From an uncultured Planctomycetota bacterium (GTDB lineage: Bacteria; Planctomycetota; Planctomycetia; Gemmatales; Gemmataceae), in NCBI GenBank assembly GCA_963849325.1, contig CAWKHF010000012.1, positions 736,001 through 800,000 of the forward strand: a stretch of DNA of 64,000 nt, read 5' to 3'. The notes under the pieces were generated by a model. The model saw only the letters and a list, made by a program, of their open reading frames with translations, was not told the origin of the DNA and did not search any database. A program made the position numbers and the translations under genes. Of this stretch, positions 59,404-64,000 are shown piece by piece (the stretch's first letter is position 1; the number at the start of each line of letters is the position of its first letter).

Positions 59404-59607
59404 ATGGCCATGAGCATTCAATTGACGCGCCAGCAGCGGCAGGCCGTGGAACAGTCGAAGGGGCCTCTTCGCTTCATCGATGCGGAGAGCAAGTGTGAAT
59501 ACGTCCTCCTGCGGGCCGAGTTGTACGAACGGCTGCGGCGGATGGCACAAACCGAGGTACTCGATCCGTCGCTTTATGAATTTGAAGAACCGACGAATCC
59601 ATCTTGA
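59404..59607 (+). CDS. Small hypothetical protein (antitoxin-like position)
   Basis: AGGGAG RBS; IQLTRQQRQAV...YVLLRAELYERLR; the stop overlaps the next start (TTGA). Confidence 0.7.
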   Translation: MAMSIQLTRQQRQAVEQSKGPLRFIDAESKCEYVLLRAELYERLRRMAQTEVLDPSLYEFEEPTNPS

Positions 59608-60107
59608 TCGTGCACATCCTCCGTCAATTGCCGTTTCTGGATGCCGCCTCCACCATCGAGGTAGGCGGCGAGTCCGTCGCCATTCGGGCCTACCAAATTG
59701 TCGTCTGGGTCAGCCTGAGCGTGTCCGAGGTGCTGGAGGTACAGGCTCCACGCTTCCCGGCCATCCTCGACACCGGACACAATCACAACTTTTCGATCCG
59801 AGAGAAGCAGTTCGTCAAGTGGACGAGAATATCCTTGGGAGCGCTCACCCGGTTGGGACAAGTGCTGGTGAATCGGCAGGAGGTGCCGTTATTTGCAGCT
59901 CATCTCTGGATTCACCGGAATCGGCCGGGGCGGAGCGAGTTGCTTCTTCGACCTTATCGCCTGGAATTGCCCCAGGGGACCGCATTGTATGCGGATGGGT
60001 TGCCGGGTGCCCCTCGGCTACCTCTCCTTGGGCTGCGGGGCTTGGTGAGCAACAAGCTCCGTCTTACCATTGATGGGGTGAATCGCCTGGTATCGCTGCG
60101 AACTTGA
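59604..60107 (+). CDS. Retropepsin-like aspartic protease
   Basis: AILDTG catalytic motif and C-terminal PLLG motif; single-lobe size. Confidence 0.7.
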   Translation: MIVHILRQLPFLDAASTIEVGGESVAIRAYQIVVWVSLSVSEVLEVQAPRFPAILDTGHNHNFSIREKQFVKWTRISLGALTRLGQVLVNRQEVPLFAAHLWIHRNRPGRSELLLRPYRLELPQGTALYADGLPGAPRLPLLGLRGLVSNKLRLTIDGVNRLVSLRT

Positions 60108-60258
60108 TTGCCAAGCTCAAGGGCGAGCCGGTGGCCTCGCCGCAGGTCAAGAAGCCGCGCGGCCGGCGGAAACGGTGAGAGGAGCGACTGCTCTTTCGCC
60201 GGCGCTGGCGAAAGCGTACACTGCCGGTCGATTTCGCGGACCCATCCAGGAGCGGAGC

Positions 60259-61095
60259 ATGTCCATCAACAAGCCTCGACCTCTGCTGCGGATCGAGTAC
60301 GAAGAAGCGGCGGAGGCATACCTGCGCAGCCTGCCGCCGGAGCACTTCATGGAAGCCACCGCCCAGGGAAAACAGCGGGAAATCACCCTGGAAAGCCTGG
60401 CCCTCGTGAGGGCCCGCCGACCGGAAGTGCAGGCCTTCAACGAACTGCTGGTGCAATATCCACGACGCGGCGAGCGGAAAATCGGCCAGGTGGTGCCCGA
60501 TAACATGGTCGTCGTCTGGCCCGAACCGATTCAAGCCAGCGGCAGTTACGATCTGCCTTTGCAGCCGACCGGCCCGTTGTGGATGCTGGAGTACGTCTCC
60601 AAGTATAACAAGCGCAAGGACTACGAAGACAACATGCAGAAGTACGAGCGCGAGTTGAAAGTCCCGTACTATCTGCTGTTTTACCCCGATGCGCGCGAAT
60701 TGACTCTTTTCCAGCTACGGAGTCGCAAATACCGCAGCGTGCCGCCCAACGAGCGGGGACGCCACGCCATCGCGGAGTTGGACCTGGAAGCGGCCTTGCT
60801 GGACGACTGGGTGCGTTTCTGGTATCGGGGCGAGTTGCTGCCGCTGCCGGCGGACCTGCAGCGCGACCTGGACGAAACGCGCCGGCAACTGCGACGAATG
60901 ACACGCCGCGCCGACGAGCAGGCACGCCGCGCCGACGAGCAGGCACGCCGCGCCGACGAGCAGGCACGCCGCGCCGACGAGCAGACCCGCCGCGCCGTGG
61001 AGGAACGTCAAGCGCGTCTGGCGGCGGAAGGAGAGATGCGTCGTCTGCGAGCGGAACTGGAACAGATACGGACGGGAAAGAGGGGACCGTCGTAA
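60259..61095 (+). CDS. Uma2 (DUF820) family protein with coiled-coil tail
   Basis: VVPDNMV, LEYVS, KRKDY, KYERELKVPYYLLF; (ARRADEQ)n tail. Confidence 0.88.
   Translation: MSINKPRPLLRIEYEEAAEAYLRSLPPEHFMEATAQGKQREITLESLALVRARRPEVQAFNELLVQYPRRGERKIGQVVPDNMVVVWPEPIQASGSYDLPLQPTGPLWMLEYVSKYNKRKDYEDNMQKYERELKVPYYLLFYPDARELTLFQLRSRKYRSVPPNERGRHAIAELDLEAALLDDWVRFWYRGELLPLPADLQRDLDETRRQLRRMTRRADEQARRADEQARRADEQARRADEQTRRAVEERQARLAAEGEMRRLRAELEQIRTGKRGPS
60902..60997 (+). repeat. 21-bp coding tandem repeat (CACGCCGCGCCGACGAGCAGG, about 4.5 units)
   Basis: Read directly; encodes the heptad ARRADEQ. Confidence 0.92.
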
Positions 61096-61127
61096 GGCCA
61101 CCGTTCAACGAAACAGGCTCGCGGTCC

Positions 61128-62241
61128 TTATTTCGCCTTCTTGTGACGGCGTTCTGCCTTCAGACGCAGATACGCCTGGATGAAATCGTCGATGTCGCCG
61201 TCGAGGACGTTCTGCACCTGCGGCGTTTGCACGTCGGTGCGGACGTCCTTGACCAGCGTGTACGGCTGCATGACGTAATTGCGAATCTGGTAGCCCCAGG
61301 CCACCTCTCCCTTCTCGTCGTACAGTTTCTCGACCTCGGCTCGGCGTTTCTGCTCCTCGACCTGGTACAGCTTGGCCTTGAGCATTTTCAGGGCCATCTC
61401 GTCGTTTTTGTGCTGGCTGCGCTGACTGCGGCTCTCGGCGGCGATGCCCGTCGGCAAGTGCGTGTAACGCACGCCGCTCTCGGTCTTGTTCTGGTGTTGG
61501 CCGCCCGGCCCGCCGCTGCGGAACGTATCGCGCCGCAGTTCGTCGGAGCGAATCTCGATCTCGATAGTCCCTTCGATCTCGGGAATCACGTCCACCGCGG
61601 CAAACGACGTTTGCCGCCGAGCGTTGGCGTCGAAGGGACTGATGCGCACCAGGCGATGGACGCCGGCCTCGCCTTGAAGGTTCCCGTAAGCGTAATCGCC
61701 CATGACGTGCAGGGTGGCGTTGCGGATGCCGGCCTCTTCGTTGGGTAGCTCATCGACGATCTCGACTTCGTAACCGTGCCGTTCGGCCCAGCGCGCGTAC
61801 AGGCGTAGGAGCATCTGCGCCCAGTCGCACGCCTCCGTCCCGCCGGTGCCGGCCTGGATGCGCAGGTAGGCGTTGCTGGCGTCCTGCGGCCCGTCGAGCA
61901 TGGCGCGCATCTCGAAGTCGTCGAGGCGCTTCTCGAACGGCGTCAATTCGCGCTCCAGCTCGGATTCCAGGCTCGCGTCCTCGTCGGACAACTCGACGAG
62001 CGCCTGGACGTCGCCGGCGATGGTCTCCAGTTCCTCGTAGGGCTTGAGCAGACCGTTGAGCGGCTTCAGCTGGGCGATGACTTCCCGGGCCTTCTCGGGG
62101 TTATCCCAGAAGTTGGGCTGGCCCATTCGGACGTTGAGCTGTTCGCGCTGGGATTGTTTGCTGGAGATGTCAAAGAGAGTCTCGGAGCTGGGTCAAACGG
62201 TTCAAGACCTCATCACTGCGTCGGCGTAAATCGGCGTTCAT
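61128..62241 (-). CDS. prfB: Peptide chain release factor 2 with programmed +1 frameshift
   Basis: MNADLRRR...LRDSL* followed by the +1 frame; GGTEACDWA, SPF, GGQ motifs. Confidence 0.96.
62169..62175 (-). promoter_or_regulatory. prfB programmed frameshift site CTT-TGA-C
   Basis: Canonical CTTTGAC at codons 23/24. Confidence 0.93.
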
Positions 62242-62451
62242 CGCGTTCCTCGTGGGGGTTGTCGTCCGATGGGATCGGACGTTGACAGGACCAATATAGC
62301 AAGAAGCGGGTTCGGAGGGCAATTCGGGTTGTCGGCGCGCCCTTGTCCGGACGAGCGGAGGGTTTACACTGAGAGTCGGTCGCCGCTTGCGGCGTAGCGA
62401 GTGCCGCCTTCGTCCCAGGAGAGGATCGTTATCGTGGCAGTCCCGAAGTTG

Positions 62452-64000
62452 ATGCGGATGGGTCTTCGTCTTTTCCTGTTTGCCCTGTTGCTGGCCGCGT
62501 TCGGGCTGGCCTGGAGGCAGGACGCGAAACCGCCGGCCGCGGAGACGCCGCGCCTGGCCGTGCTGGTGGTCTTCGATCAACTGCGCGGCGACTACCTGAC
62601 GCGCTGGGACGCCCTGTTCGGGGACGGCGGTTTCCATCGTCTGGAGAAAGAAGGAGCGTGGTTCCAGAATTGCCATTACCCCTACGCCGACACGTGGACG
62701 GCGGCCGGACACGCCTCGCTGGCAACCGGCTGCTCGCCGCAAACGCACGGCATCATCGCCAACGACTGGTACGATCGCGCCGCCGCCACGTCGGTTTACT
62801 GTGTCGCCTCGCCGCGTTACCGCCGCGTCCCGCCGTCGGCCGACGTCGCGGTTCGAGTGACGGAGGGCGGCAAGGCCGGAGGCGTTTCGCCGGAGCGACT
62901 GCTGACGCCGACGCTGGCCGACGCTCTCAAGGACGCCACCGGCGGCAAGGGACGGGTCGTGGCGCTGTCGCTGAAGGACCGCTCGGCGGTGCTGCCGGGC
63001 GGACGGCGGCCCGACACCTGTTACTGGCTGGACACGACCCACGGCGAATTCGTGACCTCTACTTACTACCGCGATCGGCCGCATCCCTGGGTCGCCGACT
63101 TCAATCGCTCCGGCGCGATCGATCGGTGGGTGGGCCAGAAGTGGACGCGCCTGCGGGCGGAACTGGATTATGAGAAATACAGCGGGCCGGATGACGGCGC
63201 GGGGGAGGGGACGCTCCTGTTCGGACGGACGTTCCCGCACCCTCTGGGAGGCGGAGGGGCGGTCAAGCTCAAGTCGGCGTATTACGGGGCGCTATACAAT
63301 TCGCCGTTCGGCAACGACGTACTGCTGGGGCTGGCGCGGCGAGCCATCGAAATGGAGAAACTCGGTACGCGCGAAACGCCGGACCTGCTGTGCCTTAGCT
63401 TCTCGTCTAACGATGCCATCGGCCATTGCTGGGGACCGGATTCGCAGGAGGTGCTCGACGTCACCCTGCGGACGGATCGCATCGTCCAGGAATTGTTGAC
63501 GGTCCTCGATAAGCAGGTGGGCAAGGGCCGTTACGTCCTGGTGCTCAGCGCCGATCACGGGGTTTGTCCTCTGCCGGAGACGTTGCGGCGGCGCGGCGAG
63601 GACGCCGGCCGCGTCGATCTGAAGTCGCTTCTTGGAAAGGTGAATGCGTTCCTGGGTGAGACGTTCCATGTGCCGGCGGAGGACAAGCGTTGGGTGGAGG
63701 CGACGGCAGGCGCCTGGCTGTATCTGAACCGCGACCTATTGGCCCGCCACGATCTGAAGCAGGAGAAAGTCGAGACGGCGTTGGCCGGCTGGCTGAAGAA
63801 ACAACCCGGCGTGCAGGCCGCCTATACGCGCAGCCAGCTTCTGGCCGGGGTAGCGGCGGAAGATGCCGTGGGGCAGAGCGTGCGGCGGTCGTTCCAGCCC
63901 GAACGCTCCGGCGACGTGCGCATCGTCGAAAAGCCGTATCACCTGCTGACGTCACGCCTGACGGGCACCAACCACGGTACGCCGAACGCCTACGATACGC
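62452..64000 (+). CDS. Alkaline phosphatase superfamily protein (PafA/NPP-like), truncated at the window end
   Basis: Manual translation: signal peptide, VVFDQLRGDYL, TWTAAGHAS, SLKDRSA, DAIGH, SADHG, TNHG. Confidence 0.9.
   Translation, partial: MRMGLRLFLFALLLAAFGLAWRQDAKPPAAETPRLAVLVVFDQLRGDYLTRWDALFGDGGFHRLEKEGAWFQNCHYPYADTWTAAGHASLATGCSPQTHGIIANDWYDRAAATSVYCVASPRYRRVPPSADVAVRVTEGGKAGGVSPERLLTPTLADALKDATGGKGRVVALSLKDRSAVLPGGRRPDTCYWLDTTHGEFVTSTYYRDRPHPWVADFNRSGAIDRWVGQKWTRLRAELDYEKYSGPDDGAGEGTLLFGRTFPHPLGGGGAVKLKSAYYGALYNSPFGNDVLLGLARRAIEMEKLGTRETPDLLCLSFSSNDAIGHCWGPDSQEVLDVTLRTDRIVQELLTVLDKQVGKGRYVLVLSADHGVCPLPETLRRRGEDAGRVDLKSLLGKVNAFLGETFHVPAEDKRWVEATAGAWLYLNRDLLARHDLKQEKVETALAGWLKKQPGVQAAYTRSQLLAGVAAEDAVGQSVRRSFQPERSGDVRIVEKPYHLLTSRLTGTNHGTPNAYDT

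Larger units (their letters stand above)
59307..60178 (+). repeat. Imperfect 66-bp direct repeat of the uvrB 3' end (59307-59372 and 60110-60175) flanking a two-gene cassette
   Basis: Both copies encode [22 protein letters not shown]; 7 mismatches, all at synonymous third positions. Confidence 0.9.

Noticed and set aside
53090-60997. Short repeats (53.1 kb, 54.9 kb, 60.9 kb) as CRISPR arrays
   Set aside because: No unique spacers between the repeats and no cas genes; they are coding tandem repeats or inverted arms.

Overview
GC-rich bacterial chromosome segment. Gene content suggests a Planctomycete of the Gemmataceae type (inference from PEP-CTERM proteins, a giant TPR protein, an ECF sigma/Ser-Thr kinase/WD40 module, Uma2 genes and many REP-like palindromes). 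Many genes, including core ones (aceE, hslU, uvrB, copA), carry small frameshifts that look like long-read consensus errors, so I merged the fragments into single genes. Housekeeping content: copA, an EPS/PEP-CTERM locus, the aceE-aceF-lpdA operon, an LptF/G permease, an S46 peptidase, CobW-like and PstS-like genes, hemC, hslVU, a ComEA-like gene, uvrB, prfB (with its programmed frameshift) and a partial PafA-type alkaline phosphatase. Most notable: (1) an integrase-less integron-type cassette array at 0.85-1.97 kb with an attI-like site, an attC and a decaying DUF4160/DUF2442 toxin-antitoxin (TA) cassette; (2) a transmembrane kinase-WD40-TPR protein with an N-terminal HEPN-like R-x5-H domain, reminiscent of Ire1/RNase L; (3) a small-protein plus retropepsin cassette bracketed by a synonymously recoded duplicate of the uvrB 3' end; (4) a pair of divergent, identically spaced candidate ECF promoters; (5) a mosaic tandem duplication of a PEP-CTERM gene with its promoter; (6) inverted elements built from 9-mer repeats inside housekeeping operons; (7) a bacterial myo-inositol oxygenase operon. 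No rRNA, tRNA, CRISPR array, integrase or transposase was seen.
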